Shown: positions 34,318 to 44,530, numbered from the stretch's first letter. The stretch: DNA of 64,000 bases from an uncultured Haloferula sp. (GCA_965652295.1 CBFGTS010000006.1:64001-128000), one strand, 5' to 3'. Translations and numbers: made by a program. Notes: generated by a model from the sequence alone, not told the origin.

Positions 34318-35210
34318 GAATGGCGGTTGGCGGCTTCGTTGAGGATCCGGCGTTCCTCCCCGGTCAGACTGTCGAGCCCCTCACGGGACACCTTTTCGAG
34401 GATGCGATCGACCTCGCTTTCCTCCTTGAGGTCGATCTCGGTGCGCGGCCGGATTTTTCCTCCGACCCGACGCCGGAATTCCCGCGGTCGGATGACCTTG
34501 CGGGAATGCCCCGAGCCTTTGCCGAGGATGCCCGGAAACCGCATCAGGAGCAGGCCCATCAAGCCCCCCCCCAGGTGCCCCGCCTCACCGCCACTGTTCG
34601 CGAACAAGGGGAAGCGGGGAAAGATCACGCCACCGAGAATGGTCAGCATCGCCAGCCCCGCGAAGATCAACGCCAGCTGCCGCATCGTCAGGGTCACCGG
34701 CGGAAAGACGAGCATCACGCGCGCCGCCGGTGCCAGCCGGTAGATCGCGAACAGCAGGCCGAAGACCCCGGCGCTGGCACCGACCAGATTCGAGAGCCCG
34801 ACATCGGCATTCGGCAGCAGCCCGATGGCCAGCAGCAGGGTGAAGAACAATGCTCCGCCAACCCCGCAGAGGAGGTAGTAACCGAGGAACCTGCGGCTGC
34901 CCCACCAGCGCTCCACCCAGGGAGCGAAGAAGTAGACGCCGACCATGTTGAAGAACACGTGGCCCAACGAATCGTGGAGGAACTGGAAGGTAATCAGCCG
35001 CCAGACCTCGCCGCCCAACAAGCCGTGCATGACGTTGAAGGCACCGAGACGTTCAAACGGAGGGCGTTCGAACGAATTACCCTGCCCCCGGTTGGCGATA
35101 TCCAGGATGAATACCGCGATGTTGACGATCAGCAGCGCCTTCGTCACCGGCGGCAGCGGCGGCTTTCCTGACACGGGCCTTCTTTCGTAGTCGCGCTCGG
35201 CAAATCCCAT
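34314..35210 (-). CDS. Rhomboid family intramembrane serine protease
   Basis: WRLITFQFLH, HVFFNM, GASAG and GHLGG; C-terminal EVDRILEKVSREGLDSLT tail. Confidence 0.92.
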   Translation of the reverse strand: MGFAERDYERRPVSGKPPLPPVTKALLIVNIAVFILDIANRGQGNSFERPPFERLGAFNVMHGLLGGEVWRLITFQFLHDSLGHVFFNMVGVYFFAPWVERWWGSRRFLGYYLLCGVGGALFFTLLLAIGLLPNADVGLSNLVGASAGVFGLLFAIYRLAPAARVMLVFPPVTLTMRQLALIFAGLAMLTILGGVIFPRFPLFANSGGEAGHLGGGLMGLLLMRFPGILGKGSGHSRKVIRPREFRRRVGGKIRPRTEIDLKEESEVDRILEKVSREGLDSLTGEERRILNEAANRHS

Positions 35211-35431
35211 CGGCGGGACCTTGGCACGGGCCCTTCCGACCGGCAAGGCACCTTGAAGGGAGGAGAGCATCCTCCTCCGCCGCCAGGCATCAAGTGACTG
35301 ATTCGTCCCATGCGGATTCTTCCGCACTCCGGCGAAATGGCATGAATGGAAAGCGGGAGGCGGAATTCGAGGCTTTCCGAAACATGGCACCTCGTTTGCT
35401 AACGGCTCCCGTCACCACACCCTCGAAACGT

Positions 35432-35815
35432 ATGATTCAGATTCAGTCCAACCACGCACCCGACGCCCGCCCGATCGAGTCCGAACTCGAACTCGGCGGC
35501 GTCTGGGATCCGACGGCCGTTGCGGACTTGATTCGATCCAAGTCCACCGCCAACGAGACCCCCTGCTTCCTGTTCCTCGGGAAGAAGGAGGCCGGGCTGC
35601 TGCGGCAGCATCTCGGGGCGATCTTCGGCGACGAAAACGTCCCTTGTCTCAAAGACACCTACTACATGGGCCTCGAAGTCATCGAGATCGCCTGCGAATC
35701 CTTTCTCCTCACCAGCGGCCGCAAGACCAGCCGCACTCTCCAGGACCCGATTTCCCGCCGGCCGGCATGGCGCGATGCTTCATCCGACGCCGTCTGGCAT
35801 CTCCGGCTCCACTGA
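35432..35815 (+). CDS. Hypothetical protein
   Basis: Open frame with host-like codon usage between the rhomboid gene and a repeat region; no motif recognised. Confidence 0.65.
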   Translation: MIQIQSNHAPDARPIESELELGGVWDPTAVADLIRSKSTANETPCFLFLGKKEAGLLRQHLGAIFGDENVPCLKDTYYMGLEVIEIACESFLLTSGRKTSRTLQDPISRRPAWRDASSDAVWHLRLH

Positions 35816-35963
35816 TCCGGGGGAGGAAACATTATCGGGCGGCTCGCGCCCCATCCCGTGAAGTCCCACGCGGGTGAGGGGCGGGCGGCCCCCCTTTTCC
35901 AGGGCTGGCATTCCCAGGGCGAATCCAGACAGGAATCGAGCATACCGGCAAACAGCTGAAGTG

Positions 35964-36127
35964 AACCGCGGATGAACGCAGATAAACGCAGATTTCCTGA
36001 GGATCGACTCTGAACGCCGAGAGAAACGGACGGCCTCCGGACCGATCAGGACGGATTCCGACCTTCTCCGATTCAAATTGACCGCACCTTCCTCCACATC
36101 TGCGTCCATCCCCGTTTATCTGCGGTT
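35964..36127. mobile_element. MITE-like element with 30-bp inverted ends built from ~10-bp tandem units
   Basis: AACCGCGGATGAACGCAGATAAACGCAGAT ... ATCTGCGTCCATCCCCGTTTATCTGCGGTT with a non-coding core. Confidence 0.6.
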
Positions 36128-36213
36128 GGATTTTCCTGGCTTGATCACCCTGCGGGCATTCCAAGCATTCGATGCTTTGATCCATCGCGCATTGCGGCTG
36201 GGATAGCGCCTCC

Positions 36214-37548
36214 ATGAAGCGCCTCGCCCTCCATTGGCAAATCCTCGCCGCCCTGCTGCTTGCCACCGCCACCGGCATGATCTTCCGCGCGCTCTTCGGC
36301 AGCGAGCCGGATGTCTATCCTTTCTGTGCGAAGGCCCTCGGTGCCTCGAAGTTCATCGGCGATCTCTTCATGCAGGCGCTGAAGATGATCATCGTGCCCC
36401 TGATCGTCACCTCGGTGATCAGCGGCATCGCCAGTCTCCAGGGCGTCAAGGGCTTCGGCCGCCTCGGCGGGAAAACCCTCGCCTTCTACGCCCTTACCAC
36501 CCTGCTCGCCGTGCTCACCGGCTTGACGCTCGTGAACCTGATCCGCCCCGGCATCAAGGACGGTGCGCCGAATGTGGAGATCCGCGCCGCCTTCGAGGAC
36601 CGTGCCGCCAGCGCCTCGCCGGAGGAGCAGGCGCGCGTCGCCGAGGCCGCCAGCCGCGAGGCCGGGGATTTCCTCGAAACCTTCCGGATGATGGTCCCGC
36701 CCAACGTCTTCGAGGCCGCCACCGACAACGGCCAGATGCTCGGCGTCATCGTCTTCAGCATCCTTTTCGCCATCGCCATCACCCGCCTGCCGGTGGATGA
36801 AATGCGTACCCTCCGCGAGTTCTTCCAGGCCGGGAACGACGTGATGATCACCGTCACGCGCTGGATCATGGCCATTTCCCCAATCGGCGTGTATGCGCTG
36901 ATGTTCCCGGTGATCTATGCGAACGGCCCTGAGGTCTTTTGGGAAATGAAGGCCTACTTCATCACCGTCCTGCTGGCGCTGGGGCTTCATCTCTGCCTCA
37001 CTCTTCCGCTCATCCTCCATTTCCTCGGAAAGATCCATCCGCTCGACCACTTCCGCGCGATGCGTGACGCCCTGCTGCTCGCCTTTTCCACCGCCTCCTC
37101 CTCCGGCACTCTGCCCGTGACGATGCGCTGTGTGCAGGACAAAGCCGGCGTTTCCAAGCGCACCTCGTCGTTCACCCTGCCGCTCGGAGCCACTGTGAAC
37201 ATGGACGGCACCGCGCTTTACGAATGCGTCGCGGTCGTCTTCGTCGCGCAGGTGATGGGCATCGAAATGGGTTTCGGGCAGCAGTTCTTCGTCGTCACCG
37301 CCGCCCTGCTGACCAGCATCGGCGTCGCCGGCGTGCCCTCCGCCAGCCTCGTCGCCATCCTGTTGATCTTGAAAAACAGCCAGGTTCCCGGCGCGGAAAC
37401 GGCGGTGGTCGCCCTGCTCGCCGTCGATCGCCTGCTCGACATGTCCCGCACCGCCGTCAACGTCTTCGGCGATTCCTGCGCCGCCGTCGTCATCGCCAGA
37501 AGCGAGGGCGAGGATGTCTATGCGGCCGAACCGGCTACCTCACTTTGA
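36214..37548 (+). CDS. Dicarboxylate/amino acid:cation symporter (GltP/DctA family)
   Basis: AFSTASSSGTLP, GATVNMDGTALY, SIGVAGVP and DRLLDMSRTAVNVFGD. Confidence 0.95.
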   Translation: MKRLALHWQILAALLLATATGMIFRALFGSEPDVYPFCAKALGASKFIGDLFMQALKMIIVPLIVTSVISGIASLQGVKGFGRLGGKTLAFYALTTLLAVLTGLTLVNLIRPGIKDGAPNVEIRAAFEDRAASASPEEQARVAEAASREAGDFLETFRMMVPPNVFEAATDNGQMLGVIVFSILFAIAITRLPVDEMRTLREFFQAGNDVMITVTRWIMAISPIGVYALMFPVIYANGPEVFWEMKAYFITVLLALGLHLCLTLPLILHFLGKIHPLDHFRAMRDALLLAFSTASSSGTLPVTMRCVQDKAGVSKRTSSFTLPLGATVNMDGTALYECVAVVFVAQVMGIEMGFGQQFFVVTAALLTSIGVAGVPSASLVAILLILKNSQVPGAETAVVALLAVDRLLDMSRTAVNVFGDSCAAVVIARSEGEDVYAAEPATSL

Positions 37549-37566
37549 GTGGGTGGAGAGGCGACC

Positions 37567-37595
37567 TTGACCCGTTTCCGGGACAGCCGTATCCT
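37567..37595 (+). promoter_or_regulatory. Sigma70-type promoter
   Basis: TTGACC - 17 bp - TATCCT, 13 bp upstream of ATG 37609. Confidence 0.65.
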
Positions 37596-37608
37596 CCCGA
37601 CATTGATC

Positions 37609-37797
37609 ATGAATTCTCCCGAACACTTCGATCCCAAGAAGCGCGCCGCCGCCAAGCAGGCTTCGCGTCGGGAGGATCGTGAGCGACTGGAGGCTGGCGA
37701 AAGCCCGGAGGTCCTCCAGCGGGAGAACTCGATTTTTCCAGAGGGCTTCTTTGAAAAAGGTCGGTTTCTGAACCTCGCGGAGGTGGTTGGAAAGTGA
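37609..37797 (+). CDS. Small charged protein (62 aa), putative antitoxin/partner
   Basis: Preceded by a promoter; GTGA overlap with the downstream nucleotidyltransferase-like gene. Confidence 0.65.
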   Translation: MNSPEHFDPKKRAAAKQASRREDRERLEAGESPEVLQRENSIFPEGFFEKGRFLNLAEVVGK

Positions 37798-38515
37798 GCG
37801 ACCAAGAGGCCGATGTAGGAGCATACGTCGGCTTCCTCCGGAGCCTTAACGAGCAATGTGAAACTCAGTTCCTTATTGGCGGGCAAGCCGTCAATTTCTG
37901 GGCAGAGATCGTGTCCCGCCGCAACGGAAAGGGCGGACTTCTTAACTTCCAGCCTTTCACCTCAAAGGACTGTGATATCTGGGTCGATTCCCAGTCTTGG
38001 CAGTTCGTCCGTGAATGCTTCTCCGACCGCCTTCAAGAGGGACCTCACCTGCGGACGGGCAGCTTGGGATTCTCACGCTCAGCGCATCTCCCCCTCGCAT
38101 GGTCGATTTTCTTCCCGCCATCTTCGGTATCCGTCAGCATGATCTTGATCGGATTGCGCGACGCGCCCCTAATTTCCACGGGATTCGGGTGATGGATCCG
38201 ATTTACCTTTTTTTGAGCAAATGTCATTGCTTCATCGGCCTCGACCAGGCCGGACGTCAGGATGAGCGGCACACCAGAATGTTGACGATCATCCTACCCG
38301 ACTATCTGGGCGAACTCATCCGGGACTCCGAAGCGAACCAAATCCCGGCACGCAATGTCGTGAAGGACATCAAACTTCTCCTCAAGCTTTGCCAGGCCCA
38401 AAAGCCAAGAGAAGCCTTGAAACGTCTGGAAATCACCCCGGATTCCCTCGTTCCTTGGAAACGTCTGGCCGAGTCCCCGCTGGAGCTGTTCCGAAAATTC
38501 AGCGGTCAAAGGTAG
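37794..38515 (+). pseudogene. Nucleotidyltransferase-fold protein split by a single-base frameshift near 38035
   Basis: First frame FLIGGQAVNFWA...FTSKDCDIW (GG...DxD NTase motif); the -1 frame continues RGTSPADGQLGILTL...VDFL...LFLSK...RQDERH. Confidence 0.7.
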
Positions 38516-38593
38516 CCCGGGAGCCCCACTTCAGTCCTCCTCTTCCCTCCCTCAGCGCTTGCCGCGGGGCCCCCGCGCCGGTAAATGCCCGCC

Positions 38594-39880
38594 ATGCACG
38601 GCTTCGCCTACAAGAACGGCTCGCTCCATTGCGAGGGCATCGACCTCGACTCCCTCGCCGCCGAACACGGCACCCCGCTCTATGTCTACTCCGCGGGCAC
38701 GATCCGCGACCACTTCACGCGGCTCGATCAGGCCATGGAAGGCGTCGACCACGAGGTCGCCTATGCCGTGAAGGCAAATTCGAACCTTTCCGTCCTGCGC
38801 CTGCTCGCCGGTCTCGGCGCGGGTTTCGACATCGTTTCCGGCGGCGAGCTTTTCCGCGTGATCCAGGCCGGCGGAGATCCCGCCAAGTGCACCTTCGCCG
38901 GCGTCGGCAAGACCCGTGAGGAAATCGAATACGCGCTGCGCCAAGGTATCTACTCGTTCAACGTCGAGAGCGAGGAAGAGCTGCGCTACATCGATCAGGT
39001 CGCCGGCGAACTCGGCCTCACCGCCCCCGCCGCCGTGCGCGTGAACCCGAACGTCGATGCCAAGACCCACAAGTATATCTCCACCGGCAAGTCGGAGAAC
39101 AAGTTCGGTGTGGATTTCGAGGCCATCGAGGACCTCTACGCCCGCGCCGCCAAGGAGTTGCCGAACGTTCGGCTACGCGGGCTGCAGATGCACATCGGCT
39201 CGCAGCTCACCTCCATCCAGCCCTTCATCGAGGCGGTGGAAAAGGTCACCCCGCTGGCCCTCGCGCTGAAGGAAAAGCACGGTATCGAGTTCTGGTCGAT
39301 CGGCGGCGGCATCGGCATCGTTTACCACGATTCGCTCGCCGCTGGCTCGGTCGATTGGTGGGACGCGAAGTCCGAGCAGGAGCGCCCGCTCACGCTCACC
39401 CAATACGGAGAGACACTTGTGCCCCGGCTCAAGGATCTCGGCCTCAAGATCCTGCTCGAGCCCGGCCGCGCGATCGTTGGCAATGCCGGCGTTCTCCTCA
39501 CCCGCTGCCTCTACGAAAAGCAGGGCACCGCGAAGACCTTCAAGATCGTCGATGCCGGCATGAACGACCTCATCCGTCCGGCGCTCTACGAAGGCCACCA
39601 CGAGATCGTGCCCGTCCGCGAGCCCGCGGAGGAAAGGAAGCTCGTCGATGTCGTCGGACCCATCTGCGAAAGCGGTGATTTCTTCTGCCAGAACCGCGAG
39701 CTCCCGGACTTCCAGCCCGGCGAGGTGATCGCCTTGATGTCCTCGGGGGCCTACGGCTTCGTCATGGCCTCGAATTACAACACCCGCCCGCTCCCCGCCG
39801 AGATCCTCGTCGAGGGAACTACGGCAAATGTCGTACGCAAGCGCCAGACCCTCGACGACCTCATCGCCGCGGAACTCTAA
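38594..39880 (+). CDS. lysA: Diaminopimelate decarboxylase
   Basis: YAVKANSN, DIVSGGEL, HIGSQ, EPGR, GPICESGD and GAYGFVMASNYN. Confidence 0.97.
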   Translation: MHGFAYKNGSLHCEGIDLDSLAAEHGTPLYVYSAGTIRDHFTRLDQAMEGVDHEVAYAVKANSNLSVLRLLAGLGAGFDIVSGGELFRVIQAGGDPAKCTFAGVGKTREEIEYALRQGIYSFNVESEEELRYIDQVAGELGLTAPAAVRVNPNVDAKTHKYISTGKSENKFGVDFEAIEDLYARAAKELPNVRLRGLQMHIGSQLTSIQPFIEAVEKVTPLALALKEKHGIEFWSIGGGIGIVYHDSLAAGSVDWWDAKSEQERPLTLTQYGETLVPRLKDLGLKILLEPGRAIVGNAGVLLTRCLYEKQGTAKTFKIVDAGMNDLIRPALYEGHHEIVPVREPAEERKLVDVVGPICESGDFFCQNRELPDFQPGEVIALMSSGAYGFVMASNYNTRPLPAEILVEGTTANVVRKRQTLDDLIAAEL

Positions 39881-39948
39881 CCGAGGCAACCGTGGCTGCC
39901 CCGACTTGTCGGGGCAGGCCGTGGTGGCGGCTTCAAGCCGCCTTCCCC

Positions 39949-40818
39949 ATGCCGCCGCTCTTCCAGCTCCATCTGCTCGTCCTGCTGATCACCGCCACGG
40001 GGCTCCTCGGGCGGGTGATTTCCCTGCCGGCGGACAGCATCGTCGCGTGGCGGACCCTCATCGCCTCGGCGGGCGCACTGGCGATCGCCGGACTGATCCG
40101 TCGCCAACCCCTCTGGCCGGGATTCCGTCCGATGCTCGTCCTGCTCGGCGTCGGCGCGATCATGGGCCTGCACTGGCTCTGCTTTTTCGCCGCGATCAAG
40201 CTGGCCAACGTCTCGATCTGCCTCGCCGGGCTGGCGAGTCTCTCGCTCTTCACCGCCTTTTCCGAGCCGCTGCTCACCCGCAAACCCATCCGCCCCTACG
40301 AGGTGCTCCTCGGGCTTCTGGTGCTCGCGGGCATCCTGCTGATCGCCGGGGTTTCCCGCGGCTACCTTGCCGGACTGCTCGCCGCCCTCGCCGCCGCCTT
40401 GCTCGCCTCGATTTTCCCCGTCCTCAACCGCACCCTCGTCCACCGCGGAGCCGACCCGCAGGTCATGGTCGGCTGGGAAATGGCCGGGGCGCTGCTGGTC
40501 ACCCTCCCGGTCACCGGTTTCCGCGTCGCGAACGACCTCGGAGGCTTGATTCCCACCCCCGCCGACTGGCTGTGGCTGTTGATCCTCGCGCTCGCCTGCA
40601 CCGTCTTCGGTCACGCGTTTCACATCCACCTGCTGAAACGCATCACCGCCTACCAAGGCAACCTCGCCTTCAACTTCGAGCCGATCTATGGCATCCTCGC
40701 CGCCGGGCTCCTCTTCGGCGAATGGCACGAGCTGCACCCCGGCTTCTACGCCGGAGCGGCGACCATCATCGCCGCCAACCTCCTCCACCCATGGCTGGAG
40801 CGGAGAATCCGCGCCTGA
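39949..40818 (+). CDS. DMT/EamA family transporter
   Basis: About 10 TM helices with LHWLCFFAAIK and FNFEPIYGI repeat motifs. Confidence 0.9.
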   Translation: MPPLFQLHLLVLLITATGLLGRVISLPADSIVAWRTLIASAGALAIAGLIRRQPLWPGFRPMLVLLGVGAIMGLHWLCFFAAIKLANVSICLAGLASLSLFTAFSEPLLTRKPIRPYEVLLGLLVLAGILLIAGVSRGYLAGLLAALAAALLASIFPVLNRTLVHRGADPQVMVGWEMAGALLVTLPVTGFRVANDLGGLIPTPADWLWLLILALACTVFGHAFHIHLLKRITAYQGNLAFNFEPIYGILAAGLLFGEWHELHPGFYAGAATIIAANLLHPWLERRIRA

Positions 40819-40819
40819 G

Positions 40820-41998
40820 TCAGGCCCCTGCCTGAGCGGGCTTTCCGATCACCCCACCCGCCTCGTCCCGGGCCCAGGCATCGGCGGCGATCACGCTCTC
40901 CAGCGAGCCCGCGCCTTGCACCGGATGCCGGTCCATCACCTTGCGAACGGTGTCCCAGATCCCGATGAACGGAAGCTCACCCGCCACGAAGGCCTCCACC
41001 GCCACCTCGTTCGCCGCATTGAAAACCGCCGGCAAGGTCCCTCCCTCCAAACCCGCGCGCCGGGCCAGCCCCAGCGCGGGAAACACCTCGTGACGCGGTG
41101 CCTCGAAATCGAGCTTCGCCAGCTCCGCGAAATCGATCCGCTCCAAACCGCCATCGACGCGATCCGGCCACGTCAACGCATACTGGATCGGGAAAACCAT
41201 GTCCGTCCGGCTCAGCTGCGCCAGCACCGAGCCATCGACGAACTCCACCATTGAGTGGATGATGCTCTGCGGATGCACGATCACGTCGATCCGCTCCATT
41301 CCGATCCCGAAAAGCCAACGGGCCTCGATCATTTCCAGCCCCTTGTTGAAAAGCGTGGCGGAATCGATCGTGATCTTCGGCCCCATGTCCCACGTCGGAT
41401 GCTTCAGCGCGCGCTCCACCGTCACCTTCCTCAGCTCCTCCGGCGGCGTTTGGCGAAAAGGACCGCCCGAAGCCGTCAGGATCAGCCGGGAAACCTCGGC
41501 AGCCCCTCCGCGATGGCCATCGAGACATTGGAAAATCGCGTTGTGCTCCGAATCGACCGGCAGGATCCGCACTCCGTGCTTCTCCGCCGCAGCGGTGATC
41601 ACCTCGCCGGCCATCACCAGGATCTCCTTCGAAGCCACCGCCAGGTCCTTGCCGCACTCGATCGCCGCCAGCGCCGGATGCAGGCCGCCGGTTCCCACGA
41701 TGGCCACCAGCACGATGTCCGCCTCCGCCAGGCATGCCAACTCGATGAGTCCGGCATGTCCCACATGCACCGTCACCCCTTCCGGCAGCAGTGCCCGCAG
41801 CGCGGATTCCTTCGAGGCATCGCACACCGCGACGTGCTTCACGCCTGTTTCGCGCACCTGCGCTGCCAGCTTTTCCACGCTCGAATTCGCCGCCAGCCCA
41901 ACCAGTTCGATCCGTTCCGGCAACCGCCGCGCGACCTCCAGAGTCGAGCAACCGATCGACCCCGTGGATCCCAGCAGGACCACCTTCTTGCGTTTCAT
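40820..41998 (-). CDS. dxr: 1-deoxy-D-xylulose 5-phosphate reductoisomerase
   Basis: LLGSTGSIG, PVDSEH, LTASGGPF, HPTWDMGPKITIDSA and NKGLE. Confidence 0.98.
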   Translation of the reverse strand: MKRKKVVLLGSTGSIGCSTLEVARRLPERIELVGLAANSSVEKLAAQVRETGVKHVAVCDASKESALRALLPEGVTVHVGHAGLIELACLAEADIVLVAIVGTGGLHPALAAIECGKDLAVASKEILVMAGEVITAAAEKHGVRILPVDSEHNAIFQCLDGHRGGAAEVSRLILTASGGPFRQTPPEELRKVTVERALKHPTWDMGPKITIDSATLFNKGLEMIEARWLFGIGMERIDVIVHPQSIIHSMVEFVDGSVLAQLSRTDMVFPIQYALTWPDRVDGGLERIDFAELAKLDFEAPRHEVFPALGLARRAGLEGGTLPAVFNAANEVAVEAFVAGELPFIGIWDTVRKVMDRHPVQGAGSLESVIAADAWARDEAGGVIGKPAQAGA

Positions 41999-42906
41999 GC
42001 CACCCATTTCAGATAGAAATACAGCACCGGCGCGGTGAAACAAAGCGAGTCGATCAGGTCCAGCGCCCCACCGATCCCCGGCAACATGTGCCCCGAGTCC
42101 TTGATGCCCAGGCTGCGCTTCACCACGCTTTCCGCCAGGTCACCGACCACCGCCAGCAACGCCAGCACCAGGCTCAGCCCGATCACCGCACCCCAGCCGC
42201 CGAGCACGTGCAAACCCGTGGCGAAGCCCGGGATGTCCTTCTGGAACCAAGCGTAGAGCCCGCAGCCCGCCAACAGCGCGAAGACCAGCGCGCCGCCGAA
42301 GCCCTGCCAGGTTTTGCCGGGACTCACGTGCGGGATCATCTTATGCTTCCCGATCGCCGAGCCGACGATGTAGGCGCCCATGTCGGTGAACTTTGTCACC
42401 GCGATCATCCACAGCAGCACCGCCGCGCCGGGCACCTCACCCTCACCGGGGACCGAGAACACGATACGCGCGCAAAAATTGAAGAGAAACGGCAGGTAGA
42501 TGAAGCCGACCACGTTCGCCGCCACCGCCTGCAACGGCTCCGTGCCGCGGATCGGATGACGGAGCTGCAGCGCGAAAGCCCCGGCCAGCGCCACGAATAC
42601 CGCCGCGCCATCGAGCCACTCCGGCATCCCCCCGGGCAGCGCGCCGAGCAGGAAAAGATACAGCACCACCGAGTACGCCACCGCCAGCAGGATGCCGAAG
42701 CGCGGGAAGCACTTCATGCCCCCGACCTTGACCATTTGGAAATACTCCCAGCTCGCCAGCACCGCGAGAAACCCGACCAGCGACACATAGGCCCAGCCCA
42801 ATCGGCTCGCGAAGCCTGCCGCCACCACCGCCCACAGCCCGAGCGTGCTCGCCGTCCTTCGGAAAAAGACCGCGCGCTTGCTGCTTGGCTGGGTGGGTTC
42901 TGCCAT
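41995..42906 (-). CDS. cdsA: Phosphatidate cytidylyltransferase
   Basis: DMGAY, SPGKTWQG, GDLAESVVKR and KDSGHMLPGIGGALD; overlaps the dxr start. Confidence 0.93.
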   Translation of the reverse strand: MAEPTQPSSKRAVFFRRTASTLGLWAVVAAGFASRLGWAYVSLVGFLAVLASWEYFQMVKVGGMKCFPRFGILLAVAYSVVLYLFLLGALPGGMPEWLDGAAVFVALAGAFALQLRHPIRGTEPLQAVAANVVGFIYLPFLFNFCARIVFSVPGEGEVPGAAVLLWMIAVTKFTDMGAYIVGSAIGKHKMIPHVSPGKTWQGFGGALVFALLAGCGLYAWFQKDIPGFATGLHVLGGWGAVIGLSLVLALLAVVGDLAESVVKRSLGIKDSGHMLPGIGGALDLIDSLCFTAPVLYFYLKWVA

Positions 42907-43036
42907 CGTCGGAAACGCGGGCATCCAACCGACTGTCGGCCCGGAGGGCAATCCATTCCGTCACAAGGCCGACCGCCCGCCGGAAATGACCACGATCGCC
43001 ATTGGCCAGATCACCTTCCACGGTCCAAATTGCCCC

Positions 43037-44350
43037 ATGGATCCCAAGACCCAGAACGCCTTCAAACGCCTCTCCCACGCCGTCCCCGATGCCTGCCTGC
43101 ACGACCTCGAGCAACGCGCCGGCTGGCTCCGTGCCATTGCCGACCGGCTTGAGTCCGAGGCCGGACCGCTCGCCCTGCTGATGGCCAAGGAAATGGGCAA
43201 GCCCATCTCCCAAGGCCGCGCCGAGGCCGAAAAATGCGCCTGGGTCTGCCGCTACTACGCCGACCATGCCGCGGATTTCCTGGCCGACGAATCGGTGGAG
43301 ACCGGCCGCGCCGAATCGCTTGTGACCCGCGCGCCGCTGGGAATCGTCCTCGCCGTCATGCCGTGGAACTTCCCGCTCTGGCAGACCTTCCGCTTCACAG
43401 CCCCCGCGCTCGCGGCCGGCAACCGCATCCTGCTCAAGCACGCCTCGAACGTCCCGGGCTGCGCCGCCGCCATCGACCGCCTCGTCGCCGAGGCCACCGG
43501 CACCGATGAACTTCTCGCCCACGTCGAGGTCCCCGGCTCCGAGGTCGATCAGCTCATCGCCGACGAACGCGTCGCGGCCGTCACCTTCACCGGCTCCACC
43601 ACCGCCGGCCGCAAGCTCGCCGCCGCTTGCGGCAGGCATTTGAAAAAGTGCGTCCTCGAACTCGGTGGCAGCGATCCCTACCTCGTGCTCGAAGACGCCG
43701 ACCTCGACCACGCCGCCGCCGTCTGCGCCAAGGCCCGCATGATCAACAACGGTCAGAGCTGCATCGCCGCCAAGCGCCTGCTCGTCGCCGCGCCCGTGCA
43801 CGACGAATTCGTCGACCGCCTCCGCGCCGAACTCGCCGTCTACGAAATGGGCGACCCGCTCGATCCCGACACCAAGCTCGGCCCTCTCGCCCGCCTCGAC
43901 CTCCGCGACGCCCTCCACGATCAGGTCCAGCGCCAGCTCAGCGACAACACCGCCAAAGTCATCATGGGCGGCGAAATCCCCGACCGCGAAGGAGCCTGGT
44001 ATCCCGCCACCCTGGTCGCCGGCGTCCGCCGCGGCACCCCGCTCTTCGACGAAGAAACCTTCGGCCCGGTCGCCGCCGTGGTCCGGGTCAATGGTGCCAC
44101 CGACGGCGTCGAACTCGCCAACGCCACCTCCTTCGGCCTCGGCGCGGCCGTTTTCACGGAAAACCTCGATCTCGCCCGCCGCACCGCCCGGCAGCTCCAC
44201 GCAGGCACGGTCGCCATCAATGCCCAGGTCGTCTCCGACCCCCGCCTGCCCTTCGGCGGTGTGAAAGACAGCGGCTGGGGCCGCGAACTCGGACACGCCG
44301 GGATCCATGAATTCGTCAATTTGAAGACGATTTTGCGCGAAAATTCATAG
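43037..44350 (+). CDS. NAD(P)-dependent succinate-semialdehyde dehydrogenase (Sad/GabD1-like)
   Basis: MPWNFP, LKHASNV, FTGS, ELGGSD, NNGQSC, EETFGP and PFGGVKDSG; start 42986 or 43037. Confidence 0.88.
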   Translation: MDPKTQNAFKRLSHAVPDACLHDLEQRAGWLRAIADRLESEAGPLALLMAKEMGKPISQGRAEAEKCAWVCRYYADHAADFLADESVETGRAESLVTRAPLGIVLAVMPWNFPLWQTFRFTAPALAAGNRILLKHASNVPGCAAAIDRLVAEATGTDELLAHVEVPGSEVDQLIADERVAAVTFTGSTTAGRKLAAACGRHLKKCVLELGGSDPYLVLEDADLDHAAAVCAKARMINNGQSCIAAKRLLVAAPVHDEFVDRLRAELAVYEMGDPLDPDTKLGPLARLDLRDALHDQVQRQLSDNTAKVIMGGEIPDREGAWYPATLVAGVRRGTPLFDEETFGPVAAVVRVNGATDGVELANATSFGLGAAVFTENLDLARRTARQLHAGTVAINAQVVSDPRLPFGGVKDSGWGRELGHAGIHEFVNLKTILRENS

Positions 44351-44406
44351 ATCGTCCGGCCGGAACCCGAATCAATTTGCGAAAAGAGCCCTGCTCTGCC
44401 ATGTCA

Positions 44407-44530
44407 GACCGACGTTTATTGCATGTAGCCGCCTCTGTTCTGAAGCCACGCGTTTCCCAAGTGCCTTCAAAACCCACACTTCCGATTTCCGCGTAGCTCG
44501 GGCAGTGGCGGCTCTCTCTAGATGTTGGTT
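44407..44530. repeat. 124-bp imperfect palindrome
   Basis: Nested arms GACCGACGTTTA/TAGATGTTGGTT (with G-U pairs), AGCCGCCTCTG/CAGTGGCGGCT, AGCCACGCG/CGCGTAGCT and AAGTG/CACTT. Confidence 0.6.
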
